64,000 bases of DNA, taken from the NCBI GenBank assembly GCA_032128875.1, contig JAVLKG010000006.1:96001-160000 (forward strand). Reading direction: 5' to 3'. Source of the DNA: Candidatus Melainabacteria bacterium 17Bon1m. GTDB taxonomy: Bacteria; Cyanobacteriota; Vampirovibrionia; Obscuribacterales; Obscuribacteraceae. Of this stretch, positions 47,657-57,938 are shown in pieces. Made by a program: the position numbers and the translations under genes. The notes under the pieces are model-generated. The model ran no database searches. It was not told the DNA's origin and saw only the letters and a program-made list of their open reading frames with translations. How positions within the stretch are numbered: the first letter of the stretch is position 1; each line of letters opens with the position of its first letter.

Positions 47657-48643
47657 ATGCCGCAGCGCCCGACAACACACAAAGATTTGCACAGAGCCGC
47701 CATGGGCTTGGCTTTTGCACTTGTATATCTTCTCGAGATGCAGGGCGCAGGCGCTGAAACCCCGGCGCAGGCTGCATCGCCAGGCGTTGCTCCCAAGTCG
47801 TCTCAATCAAAGCTTGTAAAGAAAGAACCTGCTAAGGCTGCTCCGATCGCGGTATCAGCTGCCAAGTCCGAGTCGGCAAAAGCAGTGTCTATACCAATCA
47901 AGCCAATTGTCTCTCCGTCAGCCAAGCTTCCTGTGCCGGAGATTAATGCTCCGCATAGCAAGTCTGGAAAACTACGCGAGATACCACAATCAACATTGAA
48001 TGGCGAGCAAGCTGCTCCTGTGAAGGCTGATATGAAGCCTAATATGAAGTCGGATGCTCAACAAATTTCAAATCCAAACGTTAAGCAGACCGGAAAGCCT
48101 GATACTAAGCCAGTTGCGAACTCAGATGTGAAAGCTGAGAAAAAGCCAGCTTCAACGTCTGAGAAGAAAACAGCATCTGTGAAGCCAAAGAAAACGGTCT
48201 CTACTCCGCGATTGAATAATGGCTTGGTTCCTCCGCCTCCTCCTGTTATGCCTATAGGTATGGACGCTTTAGGCATGTACGGTGCACCGGTTGACTATCT
48301 TTCTTTGAAAGAACTTGAAGGAAGGAAGAAAGAATTGACCGCCCGCTTCAATGAGTTGAATTCGATTGTCGGTGACGGCGAAAGGCAAATCAAAGAGCGA
48401 AAGGATAAAGCTGAATTGTTTGAGTCTCTCTATCAGGAAGGCGTGGTCAGCCGCAGGGAATTGGAAGCAGCAAAGAGAGAAGCCGGCGAAATTGACCGCG
48501 ACCTTAAATTCAAGCTCGACGAATTCGAATCAGTGAAGATCTCCATGAAGGCTGTAAACAACAGGCTCGCCATGCTGAAGAAACAAGAAGAGAAGATGAA
48601 TTCAAGCAAAAAGAACTCTAAGGCCGTTGCGAAGAAGAAGTAA
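47657..48643 (+). CDS. Exported hypothetical protein: Lys/Pro-rich linker plus coiled-coil hairpin
   Basis: Signal-like segment, low-complexity region, LVPPPPP, then a coiled coil with LYQEGVVSRRELE (HlyD hairpin-like). Confidence 0.7.
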   Translation: MPQRPTTHKDLHRAAMGLAFALVYLLEMQGAGAETPAQAASPGVAPKSSQSKLVKKEPAKAAPIAVSAAKSESAKAVSIPIKPIVSPSAKLPVPEINAPHSKSGKLREIPQSTLNGEQAAPVKADMKPNMKSDAQQISNPNVKQTGKPDTKPVANSDVKAEKKPASTSEKKTASVKPKKTVSTPRLNNGLVPPPPPVMPIGMDALGMYGAPVDYLSLKELEGRKKELTARFNELNSIVGDGERQIKERKDKAELFESLYQEGVVSRRELEAAKREAGEIDRDLKFKLDEFESVKISMKAVNNRLAMLKKQEEKMNSSKKNSKAVAKKK

Positions 48644-49265
48644 GCAACATTCGTGCACCAGATTTGGTGCCTAGTTGAAAACCGTTCTCTACCTGTATCT
48701 AGAGCGGCTGAATTCAGATCATTCAGATCATATTGTTTGGTAAAGTTCGACGCCCGCCAGTTGCGCCACCCCGCTTTTTCAATTTTGAGGCAGAAAGATT
48801 AGAAGTTGGCGCATGGTTCCAAAAAAAGGCTGCCAAAGTGGCTGGAATCTTGACCTGTTCTTGCTTTTCAGATGCCAAAGCCGAAGTCCCTTGCTGGGCT
48901 GGAGATTCGATGAACGGCAGTTAGACTTTGGTTGTTAAGAGGAGCTGTTCAAGGCTGTTTAGACCACTTTCTTTATTGGCGATAATTTCAAGAGCCGCTT
49001 CAGATGAGACGGGAGTCATATTCGGTGTTTTGATTAAACGTGGAAACGGAGACTATGAAACCGTTCTCAGGTTGCAAAGGGTAAACAGGAATGGATCGTT
49101 AAAAGCGGCTCACTGTGCCGTTTTTGTCGATACTATTGTGAGCACGGAAACGTTGCTGGCGCAGACAAGCCGCATTAACACTGGGTTTCGCTACCGCGGG
49201 ACCAGATATCGGCTGCGCAGGGACAAGGTAACGCTTTCAAACTTACAAACACTAGGAGTGACTAA

Positions 49266-49790
49266 ATGTATTTCAATCGTACAATCAGAAATTTCCAATC
49301 GATGAATAAACCGGTAAACCGTTATTTCGAAAACCGCCACCTTCATACTTTTGGTTCTGAGCTGACCAACTGGAACTGGCAGCAGCACGTAAACTACAGC
49401 GCACCCGAAACCGATGTTCTCGAACTCGACGAACAATACCTCCTCGAAATCGCTCTGCCGGGCGTAACCCTCGATGATGTAGAACTGAAAATTGAAGATA
49501 ACTTGCTCACTATGATCGCGAAGCGCACTCCTTCGTTGTTCGAAGAAAGAGCACAGTACCTGCAAAAAGAGCTTCCTTGCTTCTTGATTCGTGAATTCTA
49601 CTTCGAACAAGAAATCCTCCACGATCAAATTGAAGCTCGCTTGGATCGCGGCATCCTCTTCATCAGCATTCCGAAGATGGAAGTCGCCACCCGCATTCCT
49701 GTTTCCGTAGGAACCATGGACATGCACCTTCCTGGTTTGAAGACCAGAAAAGAAACCGTACGCAGCGGCAAAGAAGTCACCATCAAGTAA
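49266..49790 (+). CDS. Hsp20/alpha-crystallin small heat-shock protein
   Basis: PETDVLE...Y..EIALPGV..DDVEL...N.L.., IEA.LDRGILFISIPK; AGGAG RBS. Confidence 0.9.
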   Translation: MYFNRTIRNFQSMNKPVNRYFENRHLHTFGSELTNWNWQQHVNYSAPETDVLELDEQYLLEIALPGVTLDDVELKIEDNLLTMIAKRTPSLFEERAQYLQKELPCFLIREFYFEQEILHDQIEARLDRGILFISIPKMEVATRIPVSVGTMDMHLPGLKTRKETVRSGKEVTIK

Positions 49791-49834
49791 CTTCAGCTGA
49801 CGGTTCTCCTACTTTCAGGTAAGAGAGAAGAATT

Positions 49835-49862
49835 AGAGAGGGGAGCGATCCCCTCTCTTTTT
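49835..49862 (+). terminator. Intrinsic terminator of hsp20
   Basis: agagagggga-gcga-tcccctctct followed by a T run. Confidence 0.85.
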
Positions 49863-49895
49863 GCATGCTTGTCTGATTATGCGAGGGGCTGTAAC

Positions 49896-49922
49896 AGAAA
49901 GAGGCGCATCGCGCGCCTCTTT
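49896..49922 (-). terminator. Hairpin terminator of the WG-repeat gene (bidirectional type)
   Basis: aaagaggcgc-atcgc-gcgcctcttt. Confidence 0.7.
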
Positions 49923-49949
49923 GAAGTTCCTAACCTATCAGTTCGATGA

Positions 49950-50984
49950 TTAGTCGACTTGTACAGCTGCTAATTCTTCTTTGAATTCGGTGGCAGCTTG
50001 GTACTTGGGTTCGATTACCAATTTTCCTTTTTGATCTATATAACCCCACTTGCCGTCTTTGATTCTTACAGCGGCAAGTTTTTCGGTGAATGAATGAGCA
50101 TTCGGGAATTTAGGCTCAATCACCATTTTCCCTTTCGGATCAACATAACCATAGCCATCTTTCGTTCGCACCAGTGCAAGACCGCCATTGAATTTTTCGG
50201 CCGCGAGATATTTTGCAGGGATGATGAATTTGCCTGATTTATCTACAAATCCCCATTGACCCTTAGTCTCGATTACTGAGAGTCCATCAGCAAATAGCGA
50301 TGGTGCTTCGAGCTTTTCTCTATACACAATCACTCCAGCTTTATCGATCAGGCCGAATCGATTGTCCAGAGTCGTAACTTCGGCAATGCAATCTTTGTCG
50401 TGCGGACTGGCTTCTGCAAATTTCTCTTTGATGATTACTTTGCCATTTTCGTCTACATAACCCCAGCCGGCGTCTGTCTTGAACGCGCCCAATCCACAAG
50501 AGAATTTGCCGACGTCTTTGTATCCTTCGGCGATTTTCTTATTCTCTTTGGTTATATACGACCAGGTATTTCCTTCTTTGACACCTGCAAAACCTTCGCT
50601 AAATTCGTTTGCGCCGTCATAGTCGAGAGGAATCACCAACTTGCCGGTTTTGTCGATATATCCCCATTTCCCATTTGTGCTTACGGCGGCCATGCCATCA
50701 GAAAATGGAGTGACGACATCGTATTTCGGTTCGATAACTACTTTGCCTGTTTTGTCTATATAGCCCCAGCGCCTGTCTTGGACCACTGCGGCAAGACCTT
50801 CAGAGAAAGGTTTGACGGCTTCGTATTTCGGCTCAATTACGACCTTGCCGGCGGCATCGACGAATCCCCACTTGTTGTGCGGATCGAAAGGTTCTTTTTC
50901 AGTTAGAACCTTCGGAGGGGTTGTGCAAGCTACGAATGCCAGCGAACAAAAAGTAAGCAGCACAGATTTCGATAAGCGGTTCAC
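49950..50984 (-). CDS. WG-repeat (KWG-type beta-repeat) lipoprotein
   Basis: Lipobox FVAC; about 8 repeats of WG(Y/F)ID..GK.VI.PKY..A..FSEG.AAV; GGAG RBS before GTG. Confidence 0.9.
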   Translation of the reverse strand: MNRLSKSVLLTFCSLAFVACTTPPKVLTEKEPFDPHNKWGFVDAAGKVVIEPKYEAVKPFSEGLAAVVQDRRWGYIDKTGKVVIEPKYDVVTPFSDGMAAVSTNGKWGYIDKTGKLVIPLDYDGANEFSEGFAGVKEGNTWSYITKENKKIAEGYKDVGKFSCGLGAFKTDAGWGYVDENGKVIIKEKFAEASPHDKDCIAEVTTLDNRFGLIDKAGVIVYREKLEAPSLFADGLSVIETKGQWGFVDKSGKFIIPAKYLAAEKFNGGLALVRTKDGYGYVDPKGKMVIEPKFPNAHSFTEKLAAVRIKDGKWGYIDQKGKLVIEPKYQAATEFKEELAAVQVD

Positions 50985-51289
50985 TTTGCGCACTCCACGA
51001 GACAAACAGGCAAACCAAAACAATCAGCTGGGCTGATTAAGATGCAGGTCGCAATCGATTTTTGGTAAAGAGTAAGAGACACCTAACTCCATCTTCTAAT
51101 ATACCCCTACTATCGCCTAGGGTTAAGGGGATTTGGAGCAAGAAATGGTGCCTTTTTTGCGGTTCGGTTCGAAAAGCCTCAACTGGCGAGCTTTACCAGC
51201 TTCAAAATTCCGTTGCGATTGCACTTCGGGATGTTCTTTATTAGCCGCTCGGGCGGACAGTAATTACTGATAATTCTGTCGCCACAAGA

Positions 51290-52861
51290 CTACTTTGTTT
51301 GGGAAGCTGATAGTTTTGAGTGACGGAATCCATAAAGCCAATAAAGCAACGCACCAATTCCCATCCAAACAACAAACCGCACCCAAGTGTTTATGGGTAG
51401 GCTGAGCATGAGCACGAAACACGAGATAATCCCCGCCCACGGAACGATTGGAACTAGAGGGCACTTGAAAGGTCTGACATGATCCGGATCTGTTTTGCGC
51501 AGGATGAGCACTCCTCCGCAAACGATGATGAAAGCTGCCAAAGTCCCAATATTCGTAAGCTCTGCGGCGAATCCGATGTCGATGAAGAGTGCTGCAAATC
51601 CCACCAGAATTCCCGTCAGGATGGTTGGTACAAACGGTGTTTTGTATTTTGGGTGCAGGTTGGAAAACATCTTCGGAAGTAAACCATCGCGCGACATAGC
51701 CATGAAGATACGTGGTTGGCCAAGTTGGAAAACTAGTAGTACGGATGTCATTCCTGCCAGCGCGCCGATAGAAACGAAGATATGTGCCCAGGGTTGCTTA
51801 GTTGCAGCAATTGCGGTGGCAACAGGTGCTGCATCGTTTGCATATGTCTGATATGGCAGAATGCCTGTTAAAACGAGAGAAACCGCTGCATATAGCACCG
51901 TGCATATCGCCAAACTGCCAAGCATGCCAATCGGCATATCTCTTTGAGGATTTTTGGTTTCTTCTGCTGTTGAACTTACTGCATCAAAGCCGATGAAGCT
52001 GAAGAAAACGATTGCCGCACCGCCCATGATACCGGCGAATCCGGTAGGCGCAAAAGGCTGCCAATTTTCCGGATGGACATAAGCCATTCCAAAGAGGACG
52101 AAGAAGATGACAACGCCTGTCTTGATGATGACCGCGACTGTATTCACCCACGAACTTTCTTGCACTCCGACGACAAGAACGTAAGTGATTAAAAGAACGA
52201 TGAGGAATGCCGGCACGTTCATCGCCAATGCTATGCCGCCAACAGTGGGCAGATCCATTGAGCTGTACATGTTAGCGATATTTGGATCGCTCTTTAGCGC
52301 TTCCAGCCGAACCATCGCAGTATGTGGGTCGCATGCCAGCCACAATGGCATTTTGTATCCCGTTATGCCCGTTAAAACGTTTTGGAAATAGTCCGACCAA
52401 CTGACCGCTACTGCGATGTTGCCGACCGCATATTCCAATATCAAGTCCCAGCCGATGATCCAGGCAACGAGCTCTCCCAGGGCAGCATAAGCGAATGTAT
52501 ATGCAGAACCGGAAACAGGAATCATCGCTGCCAACTCTGCGTAGCACATAGCCGCAAATCCACAAGCCAGCGCCGCGATTAGAAAGGAAATCACAATCGC
52601 AGGGCCGGCGCCGTCACGACCAAGGCTCGAGTGAAGCAGGAAATTTATAATCGGCGTAGACATGATGTCCTGGTGAACAGTCGCCTGTCCTGCCGCAGCT
52701 GTTCCGGTCAAGGCAAATATTCCGGAGCCGATTGTCGCGCCGACACCGAAGGCGATCAGGTCGAGCGCAGTGAGAGACTTCTTCAACTGATGGGCAGAAG
52801 ACTCGGCTTCTGAAATCAATTGACCCGGAGGTTTCGTGCGCAAAAGCTGAGCCAAAGACAA
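51290..52861 (-). CDS. APC-family amino acid permease (cationic amino acid transporter-like)
   Basis: GVGATIGSGIF, CYAELAAMIPVSGSAY, GWDLILEY, FIGFDAVSSTAEE and RDGLLP. Confidence 0.95.
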   Translation of the reverse strand: MSLAQLLRTKPPGQLISEAESSAHQLKKSLTALDLIAFGVGATIGSGIFALTGTAAAGQATVHQDIMSTPIINFLLHSSLGRDGAGPAIVISFLIAALACGFAAMCYAELAAMIPVSGSAYTFAYAALGELVAWIIGWDLILEYAVGNIAVAVSWSDYFQNVLTGITGYKMPLWLACDPHTAMVRLEALKSDPNIANMYSSMDLPTVGGIALAMNVPAFLIVLLITYVLVVGVQESSWVNTVAVIIKTGVVIFFVLFGMAYVHPENWQPFAPTGFAGIMGGAAIVFFSFIGFDAVSSTAEETKNPQRDMPIGMLGSLAICTVLYAAVSLVLTGILPYQTYANDAAPVATAIAATKQPWAHIFVSIGALAGMTSVLLVFQLGQPRIFMAMSRDGLLPKMFSNLHPKYKTPFVPTILTGILVGFAALFIDIGFAAELTNIGTLAAFIIVCGGVLILRKTDPDHVRPFKCPLVPIVPWAGIISCFVLMLSLPINTWVRFVVWMGIGALLYWLYGFRHSKLSASQTK

Positions 52862-52931
52862 TGCTCAATCCCCTTACTTGCCGTGTTTCAAAAAGCAGTA
52901 GTTCTTTTAGAACCAATTGTGCTTCCAGAAT

Positions 52932-55900
52932 CTACTTAAGGGTCAATGTTACGGTCTTGGTTTCTGTGTTTCCAGCTTGATCGGTCACTTCGATGACAAA
53001 TTTGTGCTCGCCTGACTTTACATCGGTGATTTCGGCGCTCAGCCTGGCGGTTTGCGAATCCGCAGCTTCTTGCGTGCCGTCTGCGCCTATGCGCATCATC
53101 GCGAAAGGTGAGCCGTCGTCCATTTTGTATGTTGCGTTGGTGATTAGAGAGAGCTTGTCTTCAGCAGTGAGAATAAGCTGATAAACACCTTTCTCCTTGC
53201 TCTCAACTTTCACATCCGAAATTTGAGGTGGAGTGTTGTCGATTGTGATTGTGCCCCAGCGCTCGTTTTCCATGTAGCCACGCGGATTAGACAAACGATC
53301 ATCGAGTTTAACGCGCAGGACGTAATTGCCGTCCTTCTGTTTTGTAGTATCCCAATTGTAGGTAAACTGCTCGGTTGCAGACTCTGAATCACTTTGCGTG
53401 GCAGATTTTATGGCACTAAGAGCTTTAGCGAGAGTCGCCTCAGGACTCTCTTTAGCGTTTGCTTTGGTCTTCGTTTTATCCTTACTCGCATCTTTAGATT
53501 GCGCAGAGTCTTTTGTAGCATCTTTGGCCGAATCTTTATTAGCTTCTTTGTTCTGCGAATCTTTTGTCTGCGGATCCTTGCCTTGTGGTTCTTTCGCCTG
53601 TGGCTCTTTGTTCTGACCTTCTTTACCTTGAGCGTCTTTGTCAGGCGTTTCTTTTCCTTGCGGATCTTTCGCTTGCGGGCCTTTTACCGGCGGTGCTTTA
53701 GCTTGCGGCTCACGTTCTTCGCTCAGCTTGCTGCTTTGATTTGAGCTTGAATTCGACTTTGACTTTGAGCTCGACTTTGTTTTCTCTGAAGATTTGTCTT
53801 CGCCGTCACCAACCGGCTTATCATCTGACTTTCCATCTGACTCATTAGCGTCATCTGCCTTGTCTTTGCTCTTTTCCTGATCCTTATCCTTATCTCGGAT
53901 TTCGCCTTTGACTTCGCTCCTATCTTTGGAATCATTGGAAATCTTCGGATCTTTGGAATCTTTTTGATCTTTGGAATCCTTTGGATTTTTTGAATCCTTC
54001 GAGTCTTTGCTCGAATCCTTCTTCGATCTCAAGTCGGCGGCGAGCGTCTTCCAGGTTTTTCCGTCGTCGCTAGATAGTTCTAGCGAGAGCAACATATTAT
54101 CGTGATCGGGATCGTTACCGGTGATGGAGACATCTTGCTTGCCTGAGAGGTGCGCGCCTGCATTGACCGAGATACTGCTCATATAAGGTTGAGCATTTGT
54201 AGGTAAATAAGTCACGTCTACACGGCGAACAGTGTTGGGCTCGTAGCCTTTGCGTATGGTGACCGCTTTTCCATCGAGCGGCTTCCACTTCAGTCTGTAC
54301 TGCAGATACCTGCCTCGCGGAGACTTAATAGTGAAACCTTCGTTTGTCGATTCTGCTGCACTCCAGCTAGACCAGCTAGCATCGGGCTGACTGCTATTGC
54401 CGGTGCGAGTATCGACCGCAAGTCGGCTCAAAAGTTGCGGGTCCAGAGAGCTCAGACCACCGTAAGCAAGTAGTTTTGACCAGTTGGCTGGACGCTGCGC
54501 ATCGCGAATTTGCGAGTTATATGTTGCCTTCGCAGATGGTGCCAGGTCGAATTTTAGAACTCTTGGGAAATTGCTGGTTGCAGCAAACAAATGTCCGCGT
54601 CCATCCAGCGCCAGGGCTGAAACAGCTTCTTCTTGCGTATGTGCGACAGGCAAGAAATATGCGCGACCAGTAATCTCTTCTTGTTTTGCTTGCGTGATAT
54701 CGCCTTCCGCGTCTCCCGCAAAAACCGTGTCGCTGGCAGGGTCGTAGATGACTGAGTAAAATCCTTCACTCGTCGCCAGAGTTTCTGTTTCTCCGGAAGG
54801 TTTGACCTTGTAGAAATGACCGCTGCCTGACGTAGTTATATAGAGATTGCCTTTTGAATCTTTGACCGCGCCTGTGACTATGTGGTCGTTTGTTTGATAC
54901 TCAGCCCGCGCGTTGCCTGTACTGTCGATGCTGTAGACAGCGCCTTTCTCGGCCGTGCCTACATAGACGCGTTTGTCACTCTTTGAGAACCACAGCGAAG
55001 TAATGTGTGCTTGTCCTGAATCGAAAATGACGGAAGCTGATTTCTTAACCGCGTCGTAGAACCATACTTTGCCATCGGCAGCTACCCCTGCATAAACATT
55101 GTCACGGTCGTCTACGCACAAAGTTGTGACGGTATCACCACCGGTTTTGAATAAAACGTCGTGTTTGCTTCCGTTCGGCTTTATTGAAAGAACGCGGTCT
55201 CCGGGCGCGGCGGCCGCAAATACCGAGCCTTTGCTATCTACTGCAATTGCCGGGCAGAACGAGCAATCAAGGCTTGCCACGGACTCTGGTCCTGATGCTC
55301 CTTCTTTCCATGAATATATTCTGTTGTGTGCACTGAAGTAAACAGTACCATTGGTGCAGGCGGCGGACCAGATTTGCATCTCAGGTGCAACTGTACAACG
55401 TGCGGCTTCGTGGAAACCAGGCGAGAGTCGACCGCGACTATCTATAGAAACTTCTTCTGCTTTTCCGTTGCGGAAATCTTCTTCTGTGGCTTGCCTCCAA
55501 GCCAGAGCGGAGCGCATGTGTGGATATTGTTTGGCTGCTGAAAAACTTGTGGCGCTGCTGGATGAGTCACGTTTTTCAGAAGATGAAGAGCTGGAGGAAG
55601 AACCCGAAATGGCGCTGGCAATAGATGATGCAAGCGAGCTTGCACTTGATGAAGAGCTTGATGATGAGCTGCTGTCAGACTTGCGCGACTGTCCGGCATC
55701 CAAAACTTTTCGTGCTTGGTCGGTCATATAAATGCCGTCTTGCGACGAGTGAGAATTGGTTGGATTGACTGTGTAAAACGGCGAATGCGCCATCGCTTTT
55801 TCTTTGCGCTCGACCGTCAAAGCCAAAAGGTGCATACCATCGAGAAGCCAGGGTTCAGAGGCCTTTGCCCTTACTTCACCTTTGACGATTTGAGGACCTT

Positions 55901-57938
55901 TTGTATAACGATCCGAGAAAAACAGCTTCAGCCAGTTTGCCGGTGGCGAGACAATACGCCTACCGTCAAGAAATAGAGATTGCTCCGGCAAAGCCAGAAC
56001 CGCTTCAAGAACATTGCCCTGCCCTTGTTCTCGAATTCTGTTCGCTACTTGGTTTAGGTTTTCCGGCTGAGGATCGACGACTCCCATGCGTTTTCTCAAT
56101 TGGTCAATTTGATCGCCAGGTCCTACACCGAGCAGCAAGTTGCCATCCGGAATGTCACGAGGAACTTTAAGCGCCAGTTCGCGCGTAACGCGTGGTTTGT
56201 TGTACGGACGCAGTACGGCAGTTACCTTTACTGTTTCGCCTGGTTCTACCTTTTGTTTGTCGAGTGAGATTCGCTCCAATCTAGCTGTGTCGTGTCCATC
56301 GTCCAAAACAATGTTGAGATTTACGCCCTTGATTTGTGCCTTCTCGAAGTCGTTGTTTACGATTCTTGTCAGCACGCTCAGAAAAGAAACCCCTGTAGAA
56401 TCGCCGCCTCCCTTCATTTTGAAGCTTGAGTCGACCGGTCCATGCACGGCGAAATTTCCGGCGAATTTGTCGTGACGTTCAATGACTCCGACTTTGTCGG
56501 TAGTGACCTTACTGTCCACCGTCACTACGTACGGAGAGGTCGATTGGTGTGTTGTATCAATTGCCGACATAGCCGTGCTGGCAAGCAATTCAGGGGTCAG
56601 ATCCGCGTGATTGATAACGTTGAGATGGAAGGTCTTTTTGACACCGCGTGTTCTGTCAGTGACTGTGTAAGTGGCCGGAATCATTTTTGATTGACGTCCC
56701 AGCTCGCCGCCGATGGCCCATGGTCTGTCGTTCGTAACGCTGCCTACAATTTTGACGGGCGATGCCACTTTAAAGGAGACTGCCAAGTTGGGTAAAACCT
56801 GGTGAATATAGGCGGTTGCCATTGGAAAGTCGACGGGACCTGCTTGCATAAAAGGATGACCAAAGGCCAGGACGTTGCCACCAAATGTGGTGGTCGCAGT
56901 GCCTGTCGCCGACGCTGAAAAATCACCTGTGACAAGGAGTACACTCACCGCTCCACCGGGTTTTATAGTGTCGCTGGAAGTGCCCTTATCGCCCGAAGAG
57001 TTTTTATCGCCAGAACCCACTTTGTCTCCAGAAAGGACCTTACCGCCGGCTGACCTTTTCTCAATAGAAGAATCTGAACTCTCGTCGCTGTCTAAGGTTT
57101 CATCAATCGCCCCGGCAGTGCCAGCTGAAACGGACATGCCGAAATTCTTGAAGTGCTCTCCGAGATATTCCTGAGCGCCGCTGGAGAATCCGGAGAGAGA
57201 AATTGGTGCGATAAGCGGAATCATTCGAGTGCCGCCACCGGAAGTAGTGGTTATGCCGCCGTTCAATCCCGCTGCAGTGTCAACTGATGTGCCGCTTGTT
57301 CCTTTGAAAATTCCGCTTTCGGCGCCCATTGAAGGAAGGGATCGATAGCCAATGTGTCCGCGACCGGAAGATCCGTCATCAACCCTTTTATCTGGAGTCA
57401 GCGCGTCCAGCATATCTGTGATTGGAGTCAGACCGACGATGGGCTCTCGTGAAAAATCAAAACCATACGAAACGGCTCCTACAAGTTTTCCGTTGATATA
57501 AACTGGACTTCCGGACATACCACGGATGACGGTGTTCTTGCCCATTAATGGTCCGGAAAGGCGCACCATGACTGCGTCACGACCGCTCAAGACTTTCTTC
57601 ACCACACCAATGACTGTCACGTCAAATCGTTCGATTTTGTTGCCTTGAAATACAGTCAAACCGTATCCCTGCATCCCTGGCTTCAATTCTGAAAGCGGCA
57701 TATACTGTCCAGCTTTCAGCCACTTACTTATGTATTCTGTTTCTCTTGGATCAAGAAAACTATCATCGCGCAATATCGCAGGAGCTGCGGAGGGCTCTGT
57801 CTGCACTAGTTTGACTGGCTCTTCTTGCGCGAAGACCGAAAGGTACAAAGACTGTGAGTAAACGAGCGAAACTAGAAATGCTGTTACGCGCTTCGATTTA
57901 GCTGCAAATCCAAACAAGTTTCTCTCCGTGGTACGCAT
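52932..57938 (-). CDS. 1668-aa exported protein: SpoIVB (S55) peptidase, Ser linker, beta-propeller, charged repeat region and Ig-like end
   Basis: LKPGMQGYGLTVFQG, GMSGSPVYINGKLVGAV and AFGHPF; blade-like repeats (AVDSKGSVF, DSKGNLY, LDGRGHLFAAT); IDNTPP and DQAGN Ig-like motifs. Confidence 0.85.
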   Translation of the reverse strand: MRTTERNLFGFAAKSKRVTAFLVSLVYSQSLYLSVFAQEEPVKLVQTEPSAAPAILRDDSFLDPRETEYISKWLKAGQYMPLSELKPGMQGYGLTVFQGNKIERFDVTVIGVVKKVLSGRDAVMVRLSGPLMGKNTVIRGMSGSPVYINGKLVGAVSYGFDFSREPIVGLTPITDMLDALTPDKRVDDGSSGRGHIGYRSLPSMGAESGIFKGTSGTSVDTAAGLNGGITTTSGGGTRMIPLIAPISLSGFSSGAQEYLGEHFKNFGMSVSAGTAGAIDETLDSDESSDSSIEKRSAGGKVLSGDKVGSGDKNSSGDKGTSSDTIKPGGAVSVLLVTGDFSASATGTATTTFGGNVLAFGHPFMQAGPVDFPMATAYIHQVLPNLAVSFKVASPVKIVGSVTNDRPWAIGGELGRQSKMIPATYTVTDRTRGVKKTFHLNVINHADLTPELLASTAMSAIDTTHQSTSPYVVTVDSKVTTDKVGVIERHDKFAGNFAVHGPVDSSFKMKGGGDSTGVSFLSVLTRIVNNDFEKAQIKGVNLNIVLDDGHDTARLERISLDKQKVEPGETVKVTAVLRPYNKPRVTRELALKVPRDIPDGNLLLGVGPGDQIDQLRKRMGVVDPQPENLNQVANRIREQGQGNVLEAVLALPEQSLFLDGRRIVSPPANWLKLFFSDRYTKGPQIVKGEVRAKASEPWLLDGMHLLALTVERKEKAMAHSPFYTVNPTNSHSSQDGIYMTDQARKVLDAGQSRKSDSSSSSSSSSSASSLASSIASAISGSSSSSSSSEKRDSSSSATSFSAAKQYPHMRSALAWRQATEEDFRNGKAEEVSIDSRGRLSPGFHEAARCTVAPEMQIWSAACTNGTVYFSAHNRIYSWKEGASGPESVASLDCSFCPAIAVDSKGSVFAAAAPGDRVLSIKPNGSKHDVLFKTGGDTVTTLCVDDRDNVYAGVAADGKVWFYDAVKKSASVIFDSGQAHITSLWFSKSDKRVYVGTAEKGAVYSIDSTGNARAEYQTNDHIVTGAVKDSKGNLYITTSGSGHFYKVKPSGETETLATSEGFYSVIYDPASDTVFAGDAEGDITQAKQEEITGRAYFLPVAHTQEEAVSALALDGRGHLFAATSNFPRVLKFDLAPSAKATYNSQIRDAQRPANWSKLLAYGGLSSLDPQLLSRLAVDTRTGNSSQPDASWSSWSAAESTNEGFTIKSPRGRYLQYRLKWKPLDGKAVTIRKGYEPNTVRRVDVTYLPTNAQPYMSSISVNAGAHLSGKQDVSITGNDPDHDNMLLSLELSSDDGKTWKTLAADLRSKKDSSKDSKDSKNPKDSKDQKDSKDPKISNDSKDRSEVKGEIRDKDKDQEKSKDKADDANESDGKSDDKPVGDGEDKSSEKTKSSSKSKSNSSSNQSSKLSEEREPQAKAPPVKGPQAKDPQGKETPDKDAQGKEGQNKEPQAKEPQGKDPQTKDSQNKEANKDSAKDATKDSAQSKDASKDKTKTKANAKESPEATLAKALSAIKSATQSDSESATEQFTYNWDTTKQKDGNYVLRVKLDDRLSNPRGYMENERWGTITIDNTPPQISDVKVESKEKGVYQLILTAEDKLSLITNATYKMDDGSPFAMMRIGADGTQEAADSQTARLSAEITDVKSGEHKFVIEVTDQAGNTETKTVTLTLK
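53400..54030 (-). repeat. Coding low-complexity repeats (KDS/KDP and KEPQ/KDPQ units)
   Basis: KDSKDSKNPKDSKDQKDSKDPK and KGPQAKDPQGKETPDKDAQGKEGQNKEPQAKEPQGKDPQ in the translation. Confidence 0.8.

Noticed and set aside
48733-49305. ORFs 48733-48924 and 48928-49305
   Set aside because: TTG starts with no RBS; the second overlaps the hsp20 promoter, leader and start.
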